Positions 1 through 13,041 of a stretch of 64,000 nucleotides of DNA are shown here, piece after piece. Under the pieces are notes generated by a model, which was given only the letters and a program-made list of their open reading frames with translations, was not told the DNA's origin and ran no database searches. Where the stretch lies: contig CAJFCJ010000007.1 of the NCBI GenBank assembly GCA_904063045.1, positions 2,859,404-2,923,403 of the forward strand, written 5' to 3'. How positions within the stretch are numbered: the stretch's first letter is position 1; each line of letters starts with the position of its first letter. Position numbers and translations under genes: made by a program. The DNA comes from Dimorphilus gyrociliatus (taxonomy: Eukaryota; Animalia; Annelida).

Positions 1-1765
1 GAAATTAGGTAAAACGCCGTGTCTCTAATGAGCGGATACCAAGCCAGGATAACCACCTGTGTTTGCAAGTTGTTTTTTATTCCATTGTATTTGTTAGAAA
101 TCCGGTACTACAGTCTTATGGGAATTGATAATTTAATGATATTATTCAGACTTCCAAATTAGCGGACAATAAAATAGACAAGGTATATTTATAGGCGAAA
201 CGTTTGTTTTTGCTTTTTCTTAATCTTGTCTATTCAGTTGGAAAAAGAAAGATTAGGTAGATTTCTTTGTAATTTCTCTTTCCGTTTCTTTCTCTATCCC
301 CCTCCCCTCCCCATTCGTTTGGCATATAATTAAAAAGAGATATTTAGTATGAGGCTATAGTACCAATATATGAAATAGATAAAACAAAGAAAGGTGAAAT
401 ATGACATTGGGTACGAACTGCACCCTCTTACCTCTTTAACGAGTATACCACATAAACCTATAATAAATAATATGTTAAAAACAGCAGATCCGACAATAGT
501 ACCAATCCCAACGTCTCCGTGCGCAATAAAAACTCCAATTACGGAGGTAAACAATTCCGGAGCAGAACTTCCGGCAGCCATGAAAGTTGCTCCAGCCACG
601 TCCTCACTTAGTTTCAATTTTTCACATATCTTTTCCAAAGAGGCAACAAAGTACTCGTCGCATATAATAGCTAAAGCTATGAATATATAGACAACGACGA
701 AAACGTGAATGATAACTGCCCCATTCGACCTTTGTTCATTTGAGAAGAGGTCGGTAGGAAATTCGTGGTAGGCTAGAAAAGAAATAAAAATTGACTCTTT
801 CTACTAACGTTACACTATAATCACCTGACTAACCGGGTATGGTACAGTTTGGCTGATTGGTAGATATATTATTATCTTTCAACGTTGTTTGCAGCAAATG
901 CCGTCCGCCTATATGAAAAAAAAAGAAGAAAAAAAGGATGATTGTTACCGTATACTATCGTTTGATGCCGTCAGAGACATTGACACACATTTTCCTTAAC
1001 GTCATATATATGTATTTAGAATCTATATATAAGTTTCTATATAGGTTTAAGTACAATTCATCCTCTTCATTTATATGGTGCATTTCACTTGTATATAAAT
1101 AGTTTACCTTAGTTTGTCTTTAACTAAACTCCAAGTGTTAAAGTTTTATTTATATTAATAAAAGTCTTATAGCACGACTTTTTGAATTCTCAAATTACAC
1201 TGATTGCAGATTTCGTGATAATTTTCCTCTTCTTTTTATTAAAAAAGAAAATTTTACAATATTCATCCCTTTTCCTCCTCCTGCCCCTCCTCATCATTTT
1301 CTCTCCCACCCACAGTTTCCTACCTTCCTCTAAACCATAATTTATTATTATCTTCATCTTCTTTACACCATAAATACTACCACTACTACTTTTATTACTA
1401 CTACTTTTCTTCTCCATCCTCATTGTGCACTTCATTCTCTTACCGTATCGAATTTTGTCATTTTAACGGAGAAAATTTTATAAATACATCAAGAAACGGC
1501 TGTCTATTATGATTAGGTAATTGTAAATACACAAATATACTCGGTAAACCTATTTATAAATGTTTGACCGACTAGCTAAACATGTTAGAAGAAAAATAAA
1601 GTAAACATACGATATACCTGGATGATGAATTGCTAGGTCTTCGGTTTGTTCTTCGTCAACGCTAAATAGTTTTTTCTTCGCTATTGTCACTACTATAAAG
1701 ATGATTAGGCAAAGAAATTTTGATAAAAAAGATCTCCCAAATCGACGCCGCCTCCTGAATATCAT
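1..1765 (-). CDS. K+-dependent Na+/Ca2+ exchanger (SLC24/NCKX family), 5' part; the gene continues beyond the left edge
   Basis: Exons read by hand: 1618-1765 ([10 protein letters not shown]..hydrophobic segment..HHPG), 834-908 (GRHLLQ..NCTIP), 432-772 ([55 protein letters not shown], the alpha-1 repeat) and 1-56 ([16 protein letters not shown]). All junctions are GT-AG with matching phase. Confidence 0.93.
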
Positions 1766-1776
1766 ATCTTTTTTTT

Positions 1777-1870
1777 TCTCTCTCCCTCTCTCTCTCTCCC
1801 TCTCTCTCTCTTTCTCTCTCTCGCTCTATCTATCTCTCTCTCTCTCTGTCTCTCTCTGTCTCTCTCTCCC
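1777..1870. repeat. Imperfect (CT)n/(TC)n microsatellite
   Basis: Directly visible, just upstream of the NCKX start codon. Similar (CT)n/(GA)n tracts occur near 3625, 8410, 8545, 11340, 29915, 41395 and 49835. Confidence 0.9.
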
Positions 1871-3624
1871 TTTCCTTTATTAATATTTATATTTTATTAG
1901 TTCACTAAATGAGTTAATTTTCTTTTGTAAGAATTTGTCAATGATATTTTTTTTACTCACTTGACGTTACTTTTGTAAGCGCTGCATTCGACGACGGCGT
2001 ACAAACTGAATGCTATGCACGTATATTGGCGCTGGTTTAGAAAAGCGGCCTAATCTATAAACATCGATTTCTACTAAACGTACTTTCTATTGACAAAAAC
2101 GTAAATATTATATTTCGATTAAATTATAACAATTATTAAAGTTCCATAAGGAGAATTACACTTCTCCTTCATCCTCCTACCCATCTCTTTTATAATTCTT
2201 CTTGCGTATTATCTCCAAAGTAGTACTCTAGATGAAATTGAAAAGTCAAGAGAGAATGTAAGACTGAAAGAGTTTTACTATGGATTTTTTTCAATTGAAG
2301 AATAGAAAGGGAATCGGTAAATTTCCGACAAGAAGCGGAATAGAAGTCGGTTAAGTGGGCGGTAAAGCGATAGACATCTAACGTACTCCTGGGAAGAGAA
2401 TAGGAGAGGATAACCACATAGTGTCGCGTCTCTTTTTGCAACAGTTTCAGCAACAATCTTTCTCCCTCGTCTATACGGGAACAATTTTTGGCGTCTATTT
2501 GTATTCCGTTTCCGTCTTTCCTTTACCCCACCCCCTTGCCTTCTCCACCCAATTCTCTCCAGCCCCTCTCCTCATTCTCTAACATTATGGTACTTTTTTT
2601 AGCCAGTGTTAAGAACCGCCATCCCCGTAGTGAAATTCTTAGAGATTGTTAGCCAAGTAGTTTGTTGATCATCGAAAGTATCTTACCATTCCTTTTCATC
2701 AACAGTAAAAAAGTAGTTCAAAGTTATTATGGTCATTGTAAATTAATTTCGTAATATAGCGTGGGCGTAGCGTTTATAGCTTCTTATAATCATGAAAGTG
2801 CTCATCTTATCATTCTTCTTATTTATCTTTTACGTACTGTCAGCTGTAAAAAAGAAAATCATATATGTGTATATATGTATAATATATACATATATTCATT
2901 TATTTAAATATGTCTTTAGGCAATTTTTACCATGTCTTCAATCTAATAAATAATAAAAAAATCAATTAATTACTTAGTCTTATCTTTATCTCTAAGTGGA
3001 TAAATGGAAAAAACAGTCTATTTAAATCTATTTTAAACATTGAACGTACTGCTCCTTTTCCCACGTTGCTACTCTTAGCAGATATTCTTTTCTTCTCTCC
3101 CTTTTTTTTTTTTACTTGTCAAAGAGATTCTTTAATTAAATACGACCTTCGTTCAAGGACAGTTGAGTAGAATTTCTCTCATACAGCCACAGATGGCGTT
3201 GTAGAAATTCATTATTTATTTCATTCTTTCTTCCTATTTTTTCTCCCCCTTCCCTGTACTTCCTCCTTCTCGTTTTCTTAACTTGAAACTTACTTAATCT
3301 AAGTAAAAAAAGTACTGTGGTTTCCTCTATAGTATCTTATTAAGAGTATTGACAAAGTTTTAATAACAACAGAGTTAAGTGGGAAATTCGATATGGAAAA
3401 ATGGAGAGTTATCAAAAAGATCATCTGTAATCGAATAAGACGATTCTTTGGAAGGGAAAAATGGCTCTATTAAAAGAAATTCAACAGAATGAAGAAAAAA
3501 CCATGAGATCAATTAAAAAGTCATCTTGTAGACAATCTCTTATATTATCTTTATTAATCTTCAAGGAATCGTTTAAGAATGTTTGACACAAAGTTTGAAG
3601 TCGTTTTTCTTTAGAAAATATTCC

Positions 3625-3653
<29 letters not shown>

Positions 3654-3655
<2 letters not shown>

Positions 3656-4739
3656 AGGCTCCAATAATCTTTTTAGGAGTTGCTAACTCTACAATTCTCG
3701 TAGAAGGAATAGCTCGAAGTGCTCCTTTAGATACAACAGTTTCAACGCTTTTATCAAAGTGGAAACCTTCGATTTTTGTCTTTGGTTTACATAGGTACTG
3801 TATTCTTTCGGATGGAGTAGCACTTCTAGCTCCATCAGTTACCTTCCAGTGAGGGTCTCTATAACATTCGTAGCCATCTCTTGGTTTAGGTCTCGATAAA
3901 TCGTCTATTCTTGGTGATGGTATAGCTCGTAGTGTAGCGTCTTTTACCACGGTTTGTACTTCTCTTTCCCGTCTAACACAAATGAAAACAAACGCTCACA
4001 TATGAATTTGAAGAATGAATTTGACTTTAATAAACTATTCAATTACTTGTAATGATAATCTTTTTCCGGATCTTTGTGTCTTGCCAAAGCTGATACTCTA
4101 TCCGTAGCTTGTGGTATTGAGGAAGGTTTGACTGTATTCCCAATGGAACTGTTTCTTCCGCATCCATAAAAGTATAAAGGGCTTAATAGATGAATGATAC
4201 AATTTTTGCAATAATAGATTGTTTATAGGTTATATAATAAAAGATGATTATATTTACACATGCTGACGAATATAGTCATCTCTGTCATTTTTAGGGGTAG
4301 CTAATCGCCGAACTCTCTCCGTGGGATTATATTTCTGTGCTGCTGGAGATATTGGCCATATTGTCGAGTTTCTCCCGCAGCTATAATAGTATTGTGGCCT
4401 ATTTTTAAATGAAAATATCATTATTATTTTAAAAGATAGGCGAATATCAAAGATTTATTCATTTACATTCCATCATTTTGTCTTGAGAGAGATCTCGATA
4501 AATCGAGTATCCTTGGCGACGCTGTCGCCTTTCTCGCCGCATCCGAAATTGGCCATAAGGTTTCCTGGTTACCCCATTGGATCTTTTGACTTGAACAATG
4601 ATGGATTAAGTCATTCAATCGGTTCATTCTTATAAGGATATCGGCTTACCTATGCTCAGTTTTATTTGGTTGTCTCTTACGAGGTCTCGATAAATGTATA
4701 ATGCGTTCAGATGGAGGAGAATTAGTTGAATTTGTAGAT
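3654..4739 (-). CDS. Testicular haploid expressed gene (THEG)-repeat protein; 5' end not resolved
   Basis: Repeated W-x-V/I-S/T-x-x-A-x-x-A-x-(P/A)S-x-R-I/V-x-x-L-A/S-x-P-K units spread over exons about 4650-4739, 4466-4600, 4259-4400, 4047-4181 and 3654-3972 (e.g. WKVTDGARSATPSERIQYLCKPK, WPISPAAQKYNPTERVRRLATPK). Confidence 0.8.
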
Positions 4740-4893
4740 CTACAATTAAATAATAGATAAACAATTCATCCACTCTATCTATTAAATACAAACGTTTCAC
4801 TCAATTGACTTTTAGAATATGACTTTTTCATTCTTCTTAACGAAGCACTTGTAAAAAAAAAGTTCGCTCAATGAATTGTTTGAACGTTCAATG

Positions 4894-4907
4894 ACTTGGA
4901 TAGCAAC
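4894..4907 (+). promoter_or_regulatory. RFX half-site (TAGCAAC) upstream of the THEG-like gene
   Basis: ACTTGGATAGCAAC matches the right half of the X-box consensus and lies about 160 nt upstream of the first resolved exon. Motif match only. Confidence 0.25.
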
Positions 4908-5572
4908 GACTTAAAAAAAAAAAGAAAAACGGGCGGATTAAGTAGAGGGGTTTTTGCCACCGATTAATACTAATCCATCAATAAAAAATTTCTCTTATAT
5001 ATTCAAAAATACTTGAGTTATTTTCATTGTTTATGAAGTATAAAATACTTTAGATTATCGATTAATCTGTTAAATTTTGTTAAAATTTCAAAAGGAAACC
5101 TCAGTAGAGATTTAAAAAAATCGGTAGGAATAGCTTATTATTATTAATTGATTGTATCAAGTATGAATTATTGAACAAAAAATCGACAATAACCAAAGAG
5201 TTCTATTCATTCAAGAGGAATTGAAAAAGAGATGGAGAGAGCGGTGTTTCGCATACAGTATACATTATAGAGTATATAGTATTATGATACAGTATATATA
5301 CTGTATAGACTGTATATATACAATATATATTAATATAAATGTTCATATTCTGATAGGATTATTAATTATAGTAGATCTTTTAGTAAATTATAGTATTAGA
5401 GGTAATTTTGATTAAGTTCTATAAATTGTTCGTTATTGCTATTAGCTGTATCATATAAAAGAGTTACATCTGATTTATTTGACTTTAATATTTTAATTGG
5501 AAAAGGTCAAATTATCTTTTATTTTCATTTTGTTTTGTTTTTATTTGTCAAAATTTTCATTGAAAAAAAATT

Positions 5573-8195
5573 CTATTTTGAATGCGAACTGTCGTGCGAA
5601 AGTCTTCTCCTTATTCCTACAGAGGCAAGAGCGTGTGATAAAGTTCCTGAGGCTTCGAAATGCTCATACTGTGCGGTAACTGGATTAAATATTTCATCTT
5701 CAACTTCGTCGTCTTTAAAGATTTTGTCACTGGCGTCATCCGAACACGAAGAAGTTTTGTCGTCCTCTTCGTCTGCTAGTTCGTCAATGTTCTCTTTGGA
5801 AGAGCTTTGACGTTTCATATAATTTTCTAGGTATTTTACAGTACTATCGTATCCTTCTTGGAGTAAAAATACTCTATCTTCCGGTTCAAAGTCGTAGTCA
5901 TTTGTCCAAATATATCCAGTGTTGATTGGAATTGTCCTATGATGATCAAATGGTTGCATATGACAACTCCTTTGACTGACAAGCATAGTTTCCAGTGTCG
6001 CCATAACAAATGTTGGAAAAGAGGTTACCGGATCTCCATGAGCTCCTGTTTTCTTTGCCTTAAAATCGAACAACTTTAGCTTATCCTCTTCCGCTTCAAC
6101 TTCTCCATCTTTATTCAACTCCCGTCTCTTACGAAATTTCTGGAATCTCTTTGAACTGACTTTTGTAAACTTTACCCTCGCTTTTGATAATTTAGTTCTA
6201 GGAACAGCTTTCGGTGCTCTAGGAACATTGCAGCTGAACATCTTCTTCCATAATTGATATTCAATAGCCGTTTCACAAACCTGAGTTGTAAATTTTTAAT
6301 TATTAATTAACTTTGTTAATATTGTTATTGGAAATTATAAAAAAAACGGGTATTTTATTACATACAACATAAAGGCCTAAACTTTTTGTATTGAGCGAAG
6401 CTTCAGGCGTTAATCTGGTTGTGTTATCTGTAATCGATTGCTTCCTTTCAACATCTCCTCCATCTTCTTTACTAGACATTCTGTGCCTAGATGGATTTGG
6501 TGTATGATTCTGACTTTCTAAAGTATACTTTCTTCCACTTCTCAGTTTTACTAAATCTCTCATTGATTTTGTAAAGTCGTGCTCTTCGTCAAAAATATGG
6601 ATGGGGTATTGAGCCATTAAACCCCCGTCCGAATAACTACAGAGTCCACTCCCAATTCCTAAATCAATTTGAATGGGGGCATACAAAACTAAAACGGACG
6701 GGGAAGGAAAGAAGAAATATAAAAAACTTTTTTTATTTACAACTAGTAGGTAACGCCATCTATCGACTTACTTGGAAATGACAACGATATTCTCACAGCT
6801 TTACGTATCGGTAAATCAGGTGTAGTTTGAGGGCTACAATATTCTACTTTCATTTTACTAACATTTGTAACGGGAATAACTAATGCCTTTCCAAATTTAG
6901 CTTTAACTTGCGCAAATGTAATATCAGCATCTCCGGCGAATCTAGCAATATGCTCACCAAAGATACGATAGAATCTTTTTACTGGATGCACTCCGAATCT
7001 ACTCCATAGCGTCCACGGCCATAAACAAAAAACACATGATTGATCTGCATAAATCATTCATAAATTTGGAGAAAAGGAGAGGTTTTTACAGATTCAATAT
7101 TCATTAATAATATCGATTTATACCTTGAAAAAGATATCTCGGACTGCATAGGAACAACCTTTCAATTTCTTTTGCAGGAGTATCAATAGATATTAATGCT
7201 GCACAAATAGCTCCAACGCTTGTACCGCAAACTCCCTTGATATTACTCAAAATTCCTGTTTCTTCGAAAGCCTATAAAAGAAGTATTTGTGGAATTGGTT
7301 AAAGGGGAAATAAAAGAAATACTTGGACGATAGGGATATCGATTTTATTAGATTATCAATTGATTGAAGAAATATTTAATTATAATAAATTAGATAAGAA
7401 ACTATCAGTACTAGTTTTATCAGTCGTCAATCAAGCGTGTCTATAGCATATACTGTATATAGATATAGATATATAGAAAATAAGTCATATAATTCAAGTT
7501 CAAGTACATCTAATTAAAATGAATTGATTATTGGAACTTCTTTATATTGTTCAATATTATACAATTGTTGTAGTTCAACCCCCAGACTGTGCTATATAAA
7601 TCGATCTTAACATTCTGATTTTAAGCCTACAATACAGGTTATTTTCTTATCGTCTGTTAACCTTTTTTTTTTTTTGATGAATAATCAAATTTTTTTCCTG
7701 ATTCAAAGAATTAACGAATCTTGAACATTAAATGAATGAAAGAAAGATGACATAGATTAAGGATATACATTTTATAACTAATGTTTTAAAGCAAGTAGAG
7801 AGATAAACACGGATATTTTAATATAATCTACAAGATTTTTCAAATATTTCATAGCCTATTGTAGAATGTTAACAAAACGAAATAGGATTAACACCTCTTT
7901 TTTACCTTGTTGAAATGGAAGATCAAATACAATTAAATTAATAACATTTTCCAGTGTCAGCAGTTGAAATTTTTTCAATGTTAATTACTCTTTAAAAAAA
8001 ATTACTTACGTATAATGCTCCAATATAGGCATAGCCTTTAATACCGCCCCCGGAGAAGACGAGATTTTCGAATGGATATTCGTACGATTTCCAATCAGCA
8101 CTCTTATCTTTAATGCTGCTACGGAATACTTCGGGTCCTTGTAATGCTGTTAAACCATTATGTTTTGAAACGCAAGAACAGTGACACAATCCCAT
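5573..8195 (-). CDS. Patatin-like phospholipase (ExoU/VipD-like single-domain type)
   Basis: Exon 8010-8195 MGLCHCSC...NLVFSGGGIKG (oxyanion glycine loop); exon about 7125-7271 with GTSVG (nucleophile elbow, 7212-7226); exon about 6770-7050 ..LPIRKAVRISLSFP; exon about 6370-6690 with YSDGG (catalytic Asp); terminal exon 5573-about 6280 ..HHRTIPINTGYIWTNDYDF.. Splice phases are consistent. Confidence 0.88.
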
Positions 8196-11100
8196 TACGA
8201 CGCGAATCTGCCGTATAACATATCGTTTTCTGCCTATACAATGACCTAGTCGTAATCTTCAATCAATAACTTATCAATGCAATACAAATAACGTTATAAA
8301 ATATTAACTTTCGTAACGTAAATTTCCTTAGCTCTTTATAATCTATTCTTTCAAAATTTTATATCTCTGTTAATTTTGTCTCCATTAATATTTTTAATCT
8401 ACTGTTCTATTCTCTCTCTCTCTCTCTCTCTCTATTTTTTCATATTTTCCCACTCTTTTTGCCTTGCGCTTTTACTCTCTCCCTCTTGTATTTTTCCCTT
8501 ACTTTTTCTTCCTTACCCCCTCACTTTCCTCACCGTTCTCAACCTCTATCTCTCTCTCTCTCTCTCTATCTCTCTTATTGGCAATTACCTTAGATAACTG
8601 TCTATATTTTATGACTTATTTAGGCATGTTTGTTTTCAAGTTTTAATAATCATCAACATAATTCTAATTAATATTTTGCATTTGTGTTTTCTGAATGGAA
8701 AACTACTATAGAAAATATAAATAAAGAAACGGCTAGGTAGCGCTTTTACCTTGTACTTAAAAAGTATTGTTTTCCATAGGTGACGCTTTGTATAGTAACG
8801 TGGTCACCAGTTCGTATACTTTATTTTGAAATATGGTGACGCCTCCTAGTTTTATACTTTATTTAGTTAGTATGCACGGAAGGTATAGATAAGTTTATAG
8901 TGTTTACATTTTTGTTTGTTTGTTTGTTTGGGCAAACAGAGAAAATAAGAAAAAGTTTTTTTTTAGCAGACCCGTAATAGCTCCTCTATCTGGTTTTCCT
9001 AGAAATCTCCTAAATGAAATTCTTCTCCTATGACCATAAAAAGAAGATGGAAAAGTAGAATTGAATTCATTATAATTACAAGACATTGTTTTAAACGTTT
9101 TTCACTAATCCAAATGACTAAATAGCTCTTTGTTTACATAATTCATAGCGTTATTAATATTGAAATTTAAATAGGGCAATATAAACGATATTTTGTAACT
9201 GATTCTTAAATAATCGTTTAATATTTTATGTTAAGAATGAACTAGATATTATTTTCTTCTTAATTCTATTTTTAATTTAGCTGAAAGAGGAGATTTTTGA
9301 TTCCTTAATCTTCTTTTCTTATATCTCTTGAATAAGGCCTATTATTATGATTATCATATAAACATATATTAGGCTATATACTGTACAGTATATATAAATA
9401 AATAGAATATTTATTCCTTATAAAAGAATTGAATTGTTAAGACAAAGTAGGCTAACTTTAAGTGTTTATAGGTGTGTTCAGGTATTTACATAATATCGTT
9501 AATATTGCTGATATAGACAAAAATGAAAAATATTTTCCATACAGAGAGTTTATGATCATTTTTTAAAATAAAAAATCCAAGTTTATGAACAGTTTTTAAA
9601 CTTTTTTTTTAGAAAAGAATAGTAGTTGTTGATTAGATTTTATCGAATTTTAATAACTAAAAACTGGTATAAATTGAATGACAAACTAGAAGAAGATCAA
9701 GAATAATTAGTAGGAAGGGGTGGGGGAGGGGGTGAGATGAGAAGATAATTTATGAATGAATTGATGATATATAACTGTTATAATTACCGTGAAATATATT
9801 ATCATTGTTTAATACAGTCCTTATATGAGTCATGAATTATATGATAACATTCTTCAAAGTCTTTCTGATTGATTGTTGTTATTTATTTATGTAGAATGTT
9901 AAAAGATCTAAATGAATGTTTCTTCACGAAATCTTTACGATTAACAAACAGAGAAAGATTACATTTCAATGTAATCATTAAGAGCACTTCCCACCATATA
10001 ATGATCAATAGGGAATAGATTTTACATTCTTGAACACTTTATTATTTTTATCTCTATTGTTTCGTACAATAAATGTTTATGTCAATAATCTAAGGGAAGA
10101 AATTTCATTGTTACTCAATAAAAAAGGAACGAACGAGAGAAAGAATTCCTAGAAGAAGATAAAAGGGGAAAAGTATACTAATTACTATTAATTATTTGAT
10201 TTTTTGATAATATAGAAAAATGATGTGAAAAATATCAATTTAAGTAAGAAGTAGAGGAAAAAATTAGATAATGAAGATAGTAAACTTTGGTATATTTAAA
10301 TGAAAATGTCATTGAGAGTTATAAGCGTATTATAAAATATTATTAAGGATATTATCTACTCTTATAAATGTAGCAGAAGAACTAAATTGAAGGAAGAATG
10401 AGATAGGTTGAGAAGCAGAGAGAAAAGAATTATTTTTATATACTGTATATATCCTGTTCGATTGTTCTGTTCAGGGTAAATAGTTCGATTCCTCAATAAA
10501 TGAACTACACTCTCTCTTTTGTTACTCAATGATTCACTAAGAGAAATGTCCAATTAAGCTTACTGGTTAACGATGGTGCTTTGGCGTTTATCATGATTGA
10601 TAGAGATGGTATCTACCATATTTATCTTTCTATAGTATTGGAAACCTATAAAGTTCTAATAATAGCGTCTTCTTTGAAAAGGTGTGTCCTTTCTACGTGC
10701 TGGATATATAAGGATACATTTTGATACTTCGTGTTTCTGTTAAAGGACTCAGTATAGAGATTTTTTATATCATCGATATGAATATAAATATCTTTTATAT
10801 CCTCCAGTCGTATTCTAATAATACAGAAACATAATTATTCTGGAATCATAGGCCTATTTTTTTTACTTTCAAACTACATACTATATTTATTTGTAAACAA
10901 TGATATGAAAACCGTACATATACTGCAAGTAAAACTGCCAAATTAAAGAGATTGGACCAAAATGATACAAACTATTTACAATTTTGGATTATTAATTTAT
11001 ACACCTATTGACCATCGCTGATGCCTTAATTGGACAGCTAGTTATCTTTATTTTCCAGTCTACTTCAGATAATTCTTTAATCCTTTTCTTTCTCTTTTTC

Positions 11101-13041
11101 CGTTTTTTGTTGTTGTTAGGAGATCATTGGGAAACAATTGAAAGGTTTATGAATGAATCTATTATCTCTATCTAACGGGTAGTAGTTATCCTTATATAGT
11201 CATTTATTGATTATTCACTTAAAAGTAGGTAGATTGAATTTTTTCAAACGGAATAATAATAATAACCGACAGAGGGAGCAAAAGGTTGAAAATTTCCTAT
11301 AGCGACTACTTCAATAGTTAATTTACTCCTTCAAACTCCATCTCTCTCTGTCTCTCTCACTCTCTCTCTCTCATTATATATACAGTATATATATATATAT
11401 ACTAAACCTCCTGCGATTGATACGACTTACTAATTATTACTCTAAAGAGTTATGTAAATTAATATATCCATTAGTAAATACTGTACTGTCCATTTAAGGG
11501 ATCAGCTTTAAAGCAAAAATTCCGATGCAAAGAAAATTATTTTATTAATTAAAAGAACTGCAAAAACCGCAAAATATCTTCTGTTAGACAAACTAAATAA
11601 TTATTTTTATCGGATATGGTTGGTAAATATAAACAGGTTTGTCACATTGCTATCAGTATAATTGTGATAAATTAGATAAAGATATTAACTAACTAAATAG
11701 ATATCACCTTTTTAATCTTCTCTTCTCACTTTTTCATCATACTTTGAAGGAGATATATCATTGGTATCATTATTTGAGATAGCTTTATTAAAAGGAACCA
11801 GGAGAAAAGTTTTCATTTAAAGTTTGGATTATAAACAACAAACATGAATAGTTAACTTGTATTTGATATTAAATTCAAATAGAGTATACTGAATAGAAGA
11901 GAAAGAAGAGGAGAAAGAAGAAGAAGAAGAAGGAAAACTAGAAGAAAAAGACACATAGAAGGTAAATAAATAAATAAATAAATAAAATACACACACACAC
12001 ATACACACAGAGAAAAGAAATTCTTCAGAATTTAAATAGAAAAAGAAATCCTAAAACCTAAAAATTTTAATCAATGGTTTGTCAGAATAAGAAACTATGA
12101 AGCTCTAAAAGAAAAAGGAATTAATTAAAAAGTCTTAGAGTATTATTTCAGGTATTTATTTTCATTAGAATAAAAAAGTGGTACTTTATGGATAATACAA
12201 TATATATACAGTATCTACTGTATATACATATATATATATATGTATATATATATTTATAAAAACTGATAACATTACTATTAAATATGATTTTCTTAGTTCT
12301 TTTATTATTTATTGTTTAATAAATGGGTGATAATTCAAGATTTTTATTAGGATAGACAAGTTATATTGTGTGTATAATAACCTCATATCTATTACGCAAT
12401 TGAGCGAAATGAATACAGCACCACCTCTATATTCCCAAGCGGTCTCCTCTCCAAGTACCGACTGGGCCGTGCGTCATTCAGCTTCAATAGTCAAACGAGG
12501 ACAGTTGCAGGTAAAATCATAAAAGAATAACAAATTACTAAAGTACGTTTTGTAAAAGTTATGGAAATTTTAATATTTCTTCTTTTCTTTCAAATGTTAA
12601 AGTTAAGCCCACTTTTCATTTCTCTTTCTTCTTTAATGGTTTTTTGTGTAAGATGTGATTTTTTTTAAAAAGAAAAACTCATAAAGCTAGTATTTTAAAT
12701 AAGAATATTGTTATCTTCTTTGATAAGAATAGTTGTGTTGTTAAATTAATTGCATGAGAATTCATAAATAAAATTAAATGTTTGCTGCAATAGGATGACG
12801 AATAATATATCTTTTCTTATGATTAAAGATTGAGTAGTTTGTCAGGTTTAACATATATATATATATATATATATATATCTGTAATTTATTTACGTAGATA
12901 GGTATAAAATCATTAATAAGAAATCATGGTTCTATAATTAAACTAGTTGTTTTTTATCTATGAGAAGATAAGAAAAAGAAATTTACTGGTCGAGATAATT
13001 TACCTGACTTAGTTTTTACTCACAGCATTCGACTGAAGAGA

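Noticed and set aside
2190-2484. Two overlapping minus-strand ORFs upstream of NCKX, considered as a retroelement fragment
   Set aside because: No RT, endonuclease or zinc-knuckle motif, no terminal repeats and no coherent splice sites; more likely 5' UTR or promoter sequence.
10362-11130. Coding-looking minus-strand patches (IRLEDIKDIYIH.., EVDWKIKITSCP..)
   Set aside because: I could not join them with phase-consistent splice sites without stops, and no motif is recognisable.
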